The translations under genes were made by a program, and so were the position numbers. Below are positions 39,402 through 48,227 of a stretch of DNA of 64,000 nucleotides, piece by piece (positions within the stretch are counted from its first letter, which is position 1; every line of letters begins with the position of its first letter). The notes under the pieces were generated by a model. It was not told the DNA's origin, searched no databases, and worked only from the letters and a program-made list of their open reading frames with translations. Source of the stretch: Candidatus Bathyarchaeota archaeon (lineage in GTDB: Archaea; Thermoproteota; Bathyarchaeia; Bathyarchaeales; Bathycorpusculaceae); contig CAVYNL010000033.1 in the NCBI GenBank assembly GCA_963769845.1, positions 1 to 64,000 of the forward strand, in the 5' to 3' direction.

Positions 39402-40571
39402 TTATAAATGCGGTGCAACGATGAGGTTCTGCTCCAGTTCCTCTATGTTGGTCTTCGTCAACGCCTTTATCTGGTCCAGTCCGGCTATTTCCCCATAGCC
39501 CACGAGGCTTATGGCTGTTCCTTCACGTCCCATGCGGCCCGTGCGGCCGATCCTGTGAAAGTATACGAGTGCATCTTCTGGCATGTCATAGTTTATGATG
39601 TGCGTTATGCCATCAATATCTAGGCCGCGTGCCGCGACGTCTGTTGCCACAAGAAATCTGAGTCTGCCGTTCCTGAAAGCGTTGATCACTTGGTCACGTT
39701 GCGGCTGTGTGAATCCGGCGTGTAAAGCCTTTGCGTCGTATCTTTGTCTTCTGAGCTTGTCTGCAACGGCGCTTGTTTCTGTGCGTCTTCTGCAGAATAT
39801 GATTGCGCGGGCTATGTGGTTCTGGTCGAGTATGCTGCAGAGGCTTTCAAACTTACTGTAGGGGTTTACAACCATGTAATATTGGCTGATTTGTGTAACA
39901 GCGATCTCGTCTTTGCTTACGAGTTTTTTCTCGGGATTTTTCATGTACCTGTGACACACGTTCATGACCGACTGGTCGATCGTCGCAGAGAACAGGCTTG
40001 TCTGCCTCTGTCTGGGAACTCTTGACAGTATGTACTCGATGTCTTCGATGAATCCCATGTCAAGCATCCTGTCAGCCTCGTCGAGGACGAGAACGCTCAC
40101 GTGTGAAAAGTTCAGCGCACCCCTTTCGAGCAAATCGATTACTCTGCCCGGCGTGCCGACGACGACTTGAACTCCCCTTGCCAGCGCATGAATCTGTCTC
40201 TGAACAGGCTCTCCGCCGTAAACTGCCAACACTTTTATTCCGCGGTATTTGCCAAATAGGCCAAGCTGCTCTGCTACCTGCACAGCAAGCTCGCGTGTGG
40301 GCAGCAGGACTAGGCCTTGAACTGCCCTCTCTTCTGGGTTTAAGCGTTCAACCATTGGAACGCCGAAAGCCGCAGTCTTGCCCGTTCCTGTTTGGGCTTG
40401 TCCAATAATGTCCTTGCCTTCAAGCAATGGAAGCATAGCTTCGGCCTGGATTGGAAAAAGTTCTGTGAACCCAAGCTCTTCGATGCTCTTCATAACCTGT
40501 GGACTCAAAGGCAAGTCCTTGAAAGTTCTTATACTCATTTGTTCGTTTTCTCCTGCCACAAAAGTTTCCAT
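39402..40571 (-). CDS. DEAD-box ATP-dependent RNA helicase
   Basis: Q-motif (FKDL...ELGF...PIQ), AQTGTGKT, DEAD (VLDEADRM), SAT, HRIGRTGR. Confidence 0.9.
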   Translation of the reverse strand: METFVAGENEQMSIRTFKDLPLSPQVMKSIEELGFTELFPIQAEAMLPLLEGKDIIGQAQTGTGKTAAFGVPMVERLNPEERAVQGLVLLPTRELAVQVAEQLGLFGKYRGIKVLAVYGGEPVQRQIHALARGVQVVVGTPGRVIDLLERGALNFSHVSVLVLDEADRMLDMGFIEDIEYILSRVPRQRQTSLFSATIDQSVMNVCHRYMKNPEKKLVSKDEIAVTQISQYYMVVNPYSKFESLCSILDQNHIARAIIFCRRRTETSAVADKLRRQRYDAKALHAGFTQPQRDQVINAFRNGRLRFLVATDVAARGLDIDGITHIINYDMPEDALVYFHRIGRTGRMGREGTAISLVGYGEIAGLDQIKALTKTNIEELEQNLIVAPHL

Positions 40572-40794
40572 GCGAATTTTCAGGAGCCTTTAAAAAGCTT
40601 CTTTGATTAATGCATTGGTTATTGTGACAGCCTCACAGAACGGCAGTCTCATATAAAAAGGTTTGCTGCCCTTTTCTTGTTTATTCTGTTGAAAAATCTC
40701 GAGTGCACGTTTCTTTTGACGATTAGCGGCAGAGAATGAGAAGACTTTTATTCACTTGCTGGGACGTAACTGTGTTTAGGAGACGGACCTGAAG

Positions 40795-41100
40795 ATGGGT
40801 TTTGTGAGGGTAGCCCTCGTGAAAGACTTGGAACCGGGCAAGATGATCGGCGTTGAAGCAGGCGGGCAAGAAATCGTCGTGGCCAACGTTGACGGAAACT
40901 ATTATGCTATAGGCGAACGTTGCACGCACATGTCCTGCATGCTTTCAGAAGGCTCGCTCAAAGGCCAGAACGTAACTTGCTCATGTCACGGCTCGGTTTT
41001 CGACCTGAAAACGGGCAACGTCGTGAAGGGACCAGCAAAGAAGCCAGAGCCGGTTTTCCAGGTCAAATCTGAGGGCGAACAGATCCTGGTCAACGTCTAG
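40795..41100 (+). CDS. Rieske [2Fe-2S] domain protein
   Basis: CTHMSC...CSCHGSVF, i.e. CxH...CxxH ligands. 101 aa. Confidence 0.8.
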   Translation: MGFVRVALVKDLEPGKMIGVEAGGQEIVVANVDGNYYAIGERCTHMSCMLSEGSLKGQNVTCSCHGSVFDLKTGNVVKGPAKKPEPVFQVKSEGEQILVNV

Positions 41101-41119
41101 GCAAGCCTGTTCCTCTGGC

Positions 41120-42589
41120 CTAGAGGCTGTCAAGGAAGCCTCTGGTCACTTCTCTTGCAGACTGAAGCAGTGGGTGTTTTACATTGGTTGCTTCCCCGGG
41201 TTTTCTGAGGCGGTGGATTCTGAAGTATATGGGTGGATGCGGGTCTAAGCTCACCCATTCCTGTATACGGTAAGAGGGGACACGCTCGTAAAGGAGTCTC
41301 TTGAAACCGATTTTCTCAAGGGCCTCCGCGAGGACTTGCGGCTGCCCCACAACCATGGCAGAGGTCAGGTCAGCCCGGGCCTCGAAGAACTTGGCTATGA
41401 AGTAGATGAGCGTCATAACAGCCCAGAAGTACACGATGAAAAGCAGGGAAGTGAACAGGTACGGAAAGAGAGGCAGCAGAACGTAGAATCGAAACAGAAA
41501 TTCGGCCCCTGTCAAGCCGAACAACGCAAGCGGGTCGTGCCCTTTCATGTGGCCGAACTCGTGTCCCAAGACGCTGACGATCTCGTTCTCCTCAAGCTGA
41601 GCCAGCAGGCCAGTTGTTATAAGAACAATTCCGCGACTCGGGCTAGGACCTGCGGCTGCCGCGTTCGGGATCAACGTGTTGGAAACGACTATTTTCGGCA
41701 CCGGAAAACCAAAAATCCGAGCTGTCCTCGCGACCAGTTCGTAAACGTTCACCTGCCTTGCAGCCAAATTCTCAGGATTACATTGGATTCCATACTTGCT
41801 GAATATCTGGCTCGTGGTTTGACAGTCTATTTCGCCTTTCTGCTGAATCGTCTGCTCGTAGATTTCCTTCTTCATGCTCAGCAGCTTTTCCTTAGGGAAC
41901 TCTTTTTCGAAGCTTTTTTGTTCTTGAAGCGGCAGCCTGTACTCTAACAGATGAATAGTCGGGTTGTCTTTGGTTATGCGCCAGTCGGTGCCTATCTGGA
42001 TCAGCCTGTTTGAGAAAAAGAGGATAACGAATTGTAGGACTAGCAGGATGATAGGCACCGTCCACCATAAAGGCCCAAGAAACATGAACAGGAACAGACC
42101 GATGGTGATGAAAATAACCGCGAGGAAGACCTGAGTCTCAAGAAGAACTCTGTTGAGCGACCTCTTTTCTTTTCCTGACATTTTCTCAGGAACGATGTCC
42201 TCGCCTTCTCTCCATGCGAAATACAGCGTGTTCGCCCTGACTTTTTCTTCAAAAAGCTCCACGGCGATTTCGACGTCCTCCTTGACTTCTTCTATCGTGT
42301 CTTCTTTGACTGTCTCAACCATCGGCGTGATGTCGACTTTCAGGGGCATGCTCCCTAAAATGCGAACGCTGAGCAAGGGTGTGCCAGATTGCCCCTGCAC
42401 GCTATAGGCAAGTGAGGAGGTTCCTCCTGTTTGGGTCTTGGAGACACGGGTGAATTTCTCCTTCTGGGGCAACAGATATTTCTGGTAAATGAAATCCAGC
42501 AGGTTCTCCACATATTTGGGTGGAATGTCCGGCTTTATCTCGTAAGATACCACTCTTTCAGACATCATTCTGCCCTTACCAGCGTTCAT
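41120..42589 (-). CDS. M48-family zinc metalloprotease (HtpX-like) with an N-terminal extension and TM helices
   Basis: HEXXH motif VLGHEFGHMKGHD with flanking TM segments. Confidence 0.7.
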   Translation of the reverse strand: MNAGKGRMMSERVVSYEIKPDIPPKYVENLLDFIYQKYLLPQKEKFTRVSKTQTGGTSSLAYSVQGQSGTPLLSVRILGSMPLKVDITPMVETVKEDTIEEVKEDVEIAVELFEEKVRANTLYFAWREGEDIVPEKMSGKEKRSLNRVLLETQVFLAVIFITIGLFLFMFLGPLWWTVPIILLVLQFVILFFSNRLIQIGTDWRITKDNPTIHLLEYRLPLQEQKSFEKEFPKEKLLSMKKEIYEQTIQQKGEIDCQTTSQIFSKYGIQCNPENLAARQVNVYELVARTARIFGFPVPKIVVSNTLIPNAAAAGPSPSRGIVLITTGLLAQLEENEIVSVLGHEFGHMKGHDPLALFGLTGAEFLFRFYVLLPLFPYLFTSLLFIVYFWAVMTLIYFIAKFFEARADLTSAMVVGQPQVLAEALEKIGFKRLLYERVPSYRIQEWVSLDPHPPIYFRIHRLRKPGEATNVKHPLLQSAREVTRGFLDSL

Positions 42590-42697
42590 TCTTCTTTTTC
42601 CATGTTGCTTTCGTAGGTTCTGCGCTATTTCTAGTTGTGGAGATGTGCATATTAAGCTAGCTGGACTTCTGAAGATCTGTCAAATTCATAAGGTTCT

Positions 42698-42707
42698 AGC
42701 GCGCGCT
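42698..42707. repeat. AGCGCGCGCT palindromic decamer, intergenic
   Basis: Exact match. Confidence 0.9.
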
Positions 42708-42862
42708 ATCGAAAGCGCCAGCCCGAAGACAAGGTCAGACAGAGTTTCTATGCGCGGCCGAGGACGAGAGCCTTGGTTGTTTTCAGTCAGCAGCTAGGCC
42801 TCCATGCTTCATTGTGCTATAACCGTCATGAGGTTTCAGCCTTTTCCTGTTCTGATGCGGAT

Positions 42863-43474
42863 TCAAGGAGTCCGCATGAACTCGAGGAACTCCCTAAGTG
42901 GTCTTTCAACGAGCGTATAGTTTGTTTCTTTCTCTCTGCCGATCGTCGATTTCGGGCTTGGTCCGTAATCGTGGCCAGGGTACACTTCCACATCGTCATC
43001 CAGCTTCGTCAGCTTATCGAATAGGCTGTGGTACATGTCCGCGGGGTTGCCGCCAGGCAGGTCTGTTCTTCCGCACTCGCCGACGAACAGTGTGTCGCCC
43101 GTGAGCAGTTTTCCGTCGACGAGCAGGCAGACGCTGTCAGGCGTGTGACCTGGAGTGTGAATCACGCGGATCGACACCTTGCCCAAGCGGAGGGTGTCTC
43201 CATCTTCCACACTGACGTCTTTCTTGACGTTGGACTCTTTGTAAGCGACGATCTTGGCGTGGAATCTCTGCTTGAGGTCCTCGTTGCCTGCAGTGTGGTC
43301 AGCGTGCTGATGCGTGTTGATAATATATTCTGCGTTCAGGCCTTCTGCCTTGAGAACCTGAGCGATCGCCTCCGTGTTGAAGCTCGGGTCGACGATGGCA
43401 GCTTCCCTCGTGGAGTCGTCTGCGATGATGTAGGAGAAGTTGTCGCCCCGATGTTTGATTTGCTTGAAGAACAT
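42863..43474 (-). CDS. metallo-beta-lactamase-fold hydrolase (glyoxalase II-like)
   Basis: THQHADHTAGN (HxHxDH) plus a downstream His/Asp. Confidence 0.8.
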   Translation of the reverse strand: MFFKQIKHRGDNFSYIIADDSTREAAIVDPSFNTEAIAQVLKAEGLNAEYIINTHQHADHTAGNEDLKQRFHAKIVAYKESNVKKDVSVEDGDTLRLGKVSIRVIHTPGHTPDSVCLLVDGKLLTGDTLFVGECGRTDLPGGNPADMYHSLFDKLTKLDDDVEVYPGHDYGPSPKSTIGREKETNYTLVERPLREFLEFMRTP

Positions 43475-43519
43475 AACGGTCGATCAGTCATTTTTGCTGA
43501 AGCCTTAAAAGGGTTACTG

Positions 43520-44890
43520 TCATTTGCGGATGTACTGCTCAGTCGACAGGTGTTCCATTTTCATTCCCAAGTCTGCCAAGAATTTGAGGTCTTCAACGCA
43601 GCCTATGCTTGCGTCGATGTTGCGGTGCACAGGATGGAACCACATGAACTTGGGTACGAGGTTAAATTGCAACGGCATTCTTGTTGTGACACCGTATTTT
43701 GCGTTTAATCCGCCGATAAGAAGGTCTTTGGCGCAGGCCAAACGTGTAGTAGTGTAGCTTTTCAGCAGCTCTGAAGCTCCGAACGCTCCAATGCCGTGCC
43801 ACAGCACCGCGTTTTCGGGCGACGCGAGCGAGTAAAGGAAGAACTGCGGTGACGAAGGCGTTTGTTTGTAGTCGTAGTTTGTCAGTTTTTCTGCTTCGAC
43901 CGTGAAGCTGTCGTCTGCTTTGGCGACGCTTACGTCCGCAGGGTCGATCGCGTTGGGATACAACAGGACTGTGCGATAGTCAACTTTGACGTTTTTCACT
44001 TTAGTCCCATCAAAATAGATTCTTCCTCTGGCTGCGCGCTTGGAGCTGTAGCCCTTCGAAGAATGGGGAACGGTGAGCAGAGTTGTGAGGCTTTTCATGC
44101 TTCGGCCCATACATCTGTAAATGCACTCGAAGGTCTCGTAGTCTGCGTGAGCTTTCTGTATGACGTGATGGAGCAGCCCATCAGGAGTTTCCTTCTCCAA
44201 AACCGATAGAGGCATCCGCGTCGAGTAAACCTGCAGGTTCAAACCGAAAGGTGCTGAAAGGCTCTCCAGCTGCTCATACTTGACTGCGTCGACCATGTCA
44301 ACGTAGCTGTTGTTGCACGAACGCAAGTGCTTGGCTATGAGCTCGATTTCGCTCTTGCATATGAGCGAACCGTTGTATTTTTGTGCAAAGTTCTGGTCAA
44401 TGCCAAGGCTTTCCGTTTTCACACGTGCACAGGAAAAGGCGCTTTGGCCGCTGTTTACTATGGATTCTTTGAACGGGTTCATGGAGTATCTGTCTGCCTC
44501 GATTTCGTCTGTGTTGAGTAGGAAGGGCACGATTTTTCCTTCAGGAGGCTTCTTAAGAAGCTCACAGATCGTGTCGACATCTCTCGCATCTGGAATGTGC
44601 AACCCTGTGCCGTGGAAATGGTTGCCGCAGACCTCCAGCAGACGGGCTGCGATGATGCCTTGGACTTCTTCCACAGTCAGTTGAGGGTTTGAGTATTCGA
44701 CAGACGCTCGGAGGAAGAAGTGACTACCGTCGAAACTTAGATCTTCCCTCCGGCTGTTCTTGAAATAGTAGAGGCAAGCTTTTGGTCGCTTGCCCTCAAA
44801 GGCGCTGAGTTCTTTTACTATGGCTTCGACGCATGTCCAAGAGTTCTTGAGGAAATCTTCAACGATGATGCGACAATTGTCCTGTGACAT
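43520..44890 (-). CDS. conserved hypothetical protein (456 aa), family not recognised
   Basis: Long ORF of ordinary composition. Abuts the GNAT gene with a 7-nt gap. Confidence 0.5.
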   Translation of the reverse strand: MSQDNCRIIVEDFLKNSWTCVEAIVKELSAFEGKRPKACLYYFKNSRREDLSFDGSHFFLRASVEYSNPQLTVEEVQGIIAARLLEVCGNHFHGTGLHIPDARDVDTICELLKKPPEGKIVPFLLNTDEIEADRYSMNPFKESIVNSGQSAFSCARVKTESLGIDQNFAQKYNGSLICKSEIELIAKHLRSCNNSYVDMVDAVKYEQLESLSAPFGLNLQVYSTRMPLSVLEKETPDGLLHHVIQKAHADYETFECIYRCMGRSMKSLTTLLTVPHSSKGYSSKRAARGRIYFDGTKVKNVKVDYRTVLLYPNAIDPADVSVAKADDSFTVEAEKLTNYDYKQTPSSPQFFLYSLASPENAVLWHGIGAFGASELLKSYTTTRLACAKDLLIGGLNAKYGVTTRMPLQFNLVPKFMWFHPVHRNIDASIGCVEDLKFLADLGMKMEHLSTEQYIRK

Positions 44891-44896
44891 GATCTT

Positions 44897-45736
44897 TCAA
44901 CCTCTCTCCAGCGATTCTGCCGTTTGAATACAGTTCTGGACCACGGGCGGCCCGTGGAACATTCTGGCCACATGGAATTCCTCGATGAATTCTTTGCCTT
45001 TAAGCATGTTGATAGTCGTAGTTTCTTTTGCCGGCAAGAAAAGAGAGACTTCTATGCCGTTCAACTTGTCAAGAACTGTCTTAAGAAGGTCAAGTGCAAG
45101 GCTGTTGCGCTCTGCAGGACAAACAAGCGGGCCGAGTTCAGCCATGCCACGGTACACTTTGGCCACAACATACGCTGAAACATGACCGTTCTCGGTTACT
45201 ATGTGGCAGAGGTTATCCTGGTCCAACAGTATGGGTTCAAGCAGCTTTCTCCTGGAGCTGCCGAAACATGATTCGTCGTACTCAACGACCTTGGGGATGT
45301 CGCTTTCTTGTGCCCTTTCTACGCTAGAATTCGGCGGTGAAGGAAAGCCTTTTCCCTTCATTACCATGAAGTCGGAATCGTACTTGAAACCCAGTCTGTT
45401 GTAGAAGTGGATTCTGTTCTCATACGCGTACAACCCGATAGTCTTGACGTTCTTGTGCAGGAGATACTCCACTGAATGCTTGACGAGCTGAGAGCCTGCG
45501 CCCTTGTTTCTGTAGGCTTCGTTGACGACGAGGTTCCCGAACCAGCCAATGTTGCCGTAGTTGATTGTAGTGGCAAGGCCGATTCTTTCACCGTTGTCAA
45601 TAGCTACGAAGCAGCCTTCAGGTTCCAGTTCCATCATGAACTTGAAGTCGTCTTCCACAAGGTTCCATCCCACCTGACCTGTGATTTTAACGGCAAACGG
45701 GAAGTCCTCATTCGACATTGCCCTTATCTGAAACAT
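44897..45736 (-). CDS. GNAT-family N-acetyltransferase (two-domain)
   Basis: GLATTINYGNIGWFGNLVVNEAYRNKGAGSQLVKH, i.e. a Q/RxxGxG/A acetyl-CoA binding motif. Confidence 0.7.
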   Translation of the reverse strand: MFQIRAMSNEDFPFAVKITGQVGWNLVEDDFKFMMELEPEGCFVAIDNGERIGLATTINYGNIGWFGNLVVNEAYRNKGAGSQLVKHSVEYLLHKNVKTIGLYAYENRIHFYNRLGFKYDSDFMVMKGKGFPSPPNSSVERAQESDIPKVVEYDESCFGSSRRKLLEPILLDQDNLCHIVTENGHVSAYVVAKVYRGMAELGPLVCPAERNSLALDLLKTVLDKLNGIEVSLFLPAKETTTINMLKGKEFIEEFHVARMFHGPPVVQNCIQTAESLERG

Positions 45737-45834
45737 ATGTATTGGAACCTCGGAACGCGGGGTGCGCCAATGTCAAAGCTTATACGAAAGGATAAACTTT
45801 ACTAAAAGAAGAGGATTGTAAGGTAAATTAATGG

Positions 45835-45844
45835 AGCGCGCGCT
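45835..45844. repeat. AGCGCGCGCT palindromic decamer, intergenic, adjacent to the C3A3 repeat tract
   Basis: Exact match. Confidence 0.9.
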
Positions 45845-45986
45845 AAAACTTTATCCCCCAAACCCAAACCCAAACTACTACTTACAACTATATACTTACT
45901 TACTCTCTCTTAACACACCGTACAAGACATACAAGACATATAACAAACACACATAAGACACACAACAGAACTGACGGTTTTTAAAA

Positions 45987-46019
45987 CAGTTTTTTGGTTT
46001 TGCGGAAAAGTTATAAGCT
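45987..46019 (+). promoter_or_regulatory. promoter-like element CAGTTTTTTGGTTTTGCGGAAAAGTTATAAGCT (BRE/TATA-like), duplicated at 46921-46953
   Basis: A 33-nt element about 85% identical at two sites, each upstream of an alpha/beta hydrolase gene (46041 and 47015). Confidence 0.3.
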
Positions 46020-46040
46020 AAAATATAACAGAATGGGCAA

Positions 46041-46871
46041 TTGCTAACTCGTTTGAGTGTCTGGCGTTTGGTAGACAAGGGTTTTGCAGAAGTGAATGAC
46101 ACTAGACTTTACTACGAGATAGTTGGCAGAGGGCACCCGTTAGTGCTTGTTCACGGGCGGTCCCTTAATTCTAAAATGTGGGATGACCAGCTTGAAGTCT
46201 TTGCAAAACGTTTCAAAGTGGTGCGTTACGATGTGCGTGGCTTCGGCAAATCAGCATCTCCAACAGTCGGGAAAGAATACAGCCACACGAAGGATTTGAA
46301 AGCCCTTCTGAATCAGTTAGGGATTGACTACGCATGCGTTGTCGGTCTTTCTATGGGCGGCGGAATTGCTCTTGATTTCACTCTTGAATATCCAGAAGTG
46401 ACTAGGGCTCTCATACTTGTTGATTCCATTCTTGGAGGGTTTCAAGATTGGTCAAAGACCTATAGAGAATTGATGGAATCTCTCTGGAAAGAAGCTAAAG
46501 AAAAGGGCGTAGAGGCAGCAAAAGACATGTGGAAGAATTGCCTCATATTTAAACCAGCTTGCGAGAAGCCAAACGTGGCTTTTCGACTCAAACAGATGAT
46601 TTCTGACTACTCTGGCTGGCACTTTGTCAACCCCGACCCACTACGCTCTTTAGACCCGCCCGCAATAGAACGACTTCAGGAGATTAAAGTTCCGACCCTC
46701 ATTATCGTAGGTGAGCGTGACTTGCCAGATTTTCACAGAATTGCTGACATCCTGAGCGAGAAGATACAAAATTCTAAGAGAATGACCCTGAAAGGAGCGG
46801 GACACGTGTCAAACATGGAAACTCCAAGAGAATTCAATGAGGCTATATTGAGTTTTCTTACCAACGCTTGA
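46041..46871 (+). CDS. alpha/beta-fold hydrolase
   Basis: Nucleophile elbow GLSMGG and HGRSLN oxyanion region. 276 aa. Confidence 0.8.
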   Translation: MLTRLSVWRLVDKGFAEVNDTRLYYEIVGRGHPLVLVHGRSLNSKMWDDQLEVFAKRFKVVRYDVRGFGKSASPTVGKEYSHTKDLKALLNQLGIDYACVVGLSMGGGIALDFTLEYPEVTRALILVDSILGGFQDWSKTYRELMESLWKEAKEKGVEAAKDMWKNCLIFKPACEKPNVAFRLKQMISDYSGWHFVNPDPLRSLDPPAIERLQEIKVPTLIIVGERDLPDFHRIADILSEKIQNSKRMTLKGAGHVSNMETPREFNEAILSFLTNA

Positions 46872-46920
46872 GATGGCACACGCATGTTTTCGTGACTATT
46901 CTCTATCAGCCCTCTTAAGC

Positions 46921-46953
46921 CAGTTGTTTTTGTTTTGCGGAAAAGTTATGGCT
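46921..46953 (+). promoter_or_regulatory. second copy of the GTTTTGCGGAAAAGTTAT promoter-like element
   Basis: See 45987-46019. Confidence 0.3.
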
Positions 46954-47014
46954 GGTAGGATTTGGTGTGTAACTCTTCTACGAGTCTTTAAGAACAGTTT
47001 GGAGATAGATAGTT

Positions 47015-47845
47015 GTGTGGTGGCAGATGAAGAAGCCAGTTCCAGTTACATTTGAGAGCAAAGGTGCAAATATCCACGCAATCTTCTATCAAGCCTCTGG
47101 AGTTGAACCATTGCCAACAGTAATCCTTTGTCATGGGTTTCCTGGAAACAACACAGACGTGCTTGGACTTGGCGAGAGATTGATGAAAGAAGGGTTCAAT
47201 GCCATTGCCTTCAATTACCGTGGCACTTGGGGAAGCGAAGGACTATACACGGATGCGAACGCCCTAGAGGATGTAATCTCGACCATACGCTATGTGAAAT
47301 CCCGTTCTGTTGTCCAAGAGTTCAACGTTGACCCGTCAAGTATCACCATCATAGGATACAGTTATGGTGGCGGCATGGCTTTATTGGGCTCATTGAATGA
47401 CGCCGCCGTGAAAAGAGTGGTCGACCTTGCTGGAGCCAACCTTGGCGGTGTGGGAAGGATGATGCAACAGAGTGATGAATTCAGGCGATGGCTTGAAAAG
47501 AAAGTGGACCAAGACATATCAGATTCAGGTTTCAGAGCCCCTAAGGCTAGAGAACTTTTTGCTGCGATGCTTGCAGATGTGGATAAATACGATTTGGTGA
47601 AGCATGCTCAGGCACTGTCTTGCAAAGATATTCTGATAATCGGTGGATGGCGTGACCAGGAAGCTGACCTAGAACATCACATATTGCCTCTGTTCCGAGC
47701 ATTGCAGAGGCACGGAGCCAAACAAGTGCAAATAGAAATCTTTGACGCAGACCACTCCTTTACAAATGAAAAAAGTCAGTTGGCAGACAGAATAGTATCT
47801 TGGTTGAAGAGGAGTAAAGTTTTATCCAAAACCCAAAGATGCTAG
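47015..47845 (+). CDS. alpha/beta-fold hydrolase (dienelactone-hydrolase/peptidase S9-like)
   Basis: GYSYGG nucleophile elbow, Asp/His downstream. 276 aa. Confidence 0.75.
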   Translation: MWWQMKKPVPVTFESKGANIHAIFYQASGVEPLPTVILCHGFPGNNTDVLGLGERLMKEGFNAIAFNYRGTWGSEGLYTDANALEDVISTIRYVKSRSVVQEFNVDPSSITIIGYSYGGGMALLGSLNDAAVKRVVDLAGANLGGVGRMMQQSDEFRRWLEKKVDQDISDSGFRAPKARELFAAMLADVDKYDLVKHAQALSCKDILIIGGWRDQEADLEHHILPLFRALQRHGAKQVQIEIFDADHSFTNEKSQLADRIVSWLKRSKVLSKTQRC

Positions 47846-47897
47846 TTAAATATAACTTGAGTAATTTCCACAGGAATGCAGGAGGTAACATGAACAT

Positions 47898-48215
47898 ATG
47901 AGCCATGGAAGTTTTGCTACCGCTATTAACTGCATGGATGGTCGAACACAAATCCCAGTTATCGACTATATCCGTAAAAAGTACAAGGTAGACTACGTTG
48001 ATATGATTACGGAGCCTGGCCCAATTAGGGTTTTAGCTGAAAACAAGGATAAGCCGACGCTTGAATCTATGAAACGAAGAGTTGGAATCTCTACAGGGAA
48101 GCATGGTTCGGGCCATATTGTAATTGTTGGCCATCATGACTGCGCTGGAAATCCCGTAGAAAAAGAAACGCAGCTCAAACAAATTCTAGAGTCGATAAGG
48201 ACAGTTCGATCATAG
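47898..48215 (+). CDS. small (105 aa) protein carrying the beta-carbonic-anhydrase zinc-ligand signature (CxDxR ... HxxC)
   Basis: C12-M-D14-G-R16 and H79-H-D-C82-A-G. The spacing of about 67 residues is comparable to beta-CA, but the protein lacks the flanking beta-CA segments. Confidence 0.45.
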   Translation: MSHGSFATAINCMDGRTQIPVIDYIRKKYKVDYVDMITEPGPIRVLAENKDKPTLESMKRRVGISTGKHGSGHIVIVGHHDCAGNPVEKETQLKQILESIRTVRS

Positions 48216-48223
48216 CGCGCGCT
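48214..48223. repeat. AGCGCGCGCT palindromic decamer overlapping a stop codon, between convergent genes
   Basis: Exact match. Confidence 0.9.
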
Positions 48224-48227
48224 AGTC

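Noticed and set aside
43028-43708. 226-aa plus-strand ORF overlapping the MBL hydrolase and the 456-aa gene
   Set aside because: Antisense to two minus-strand genes with coherent domain signatures. No motifs of its own.
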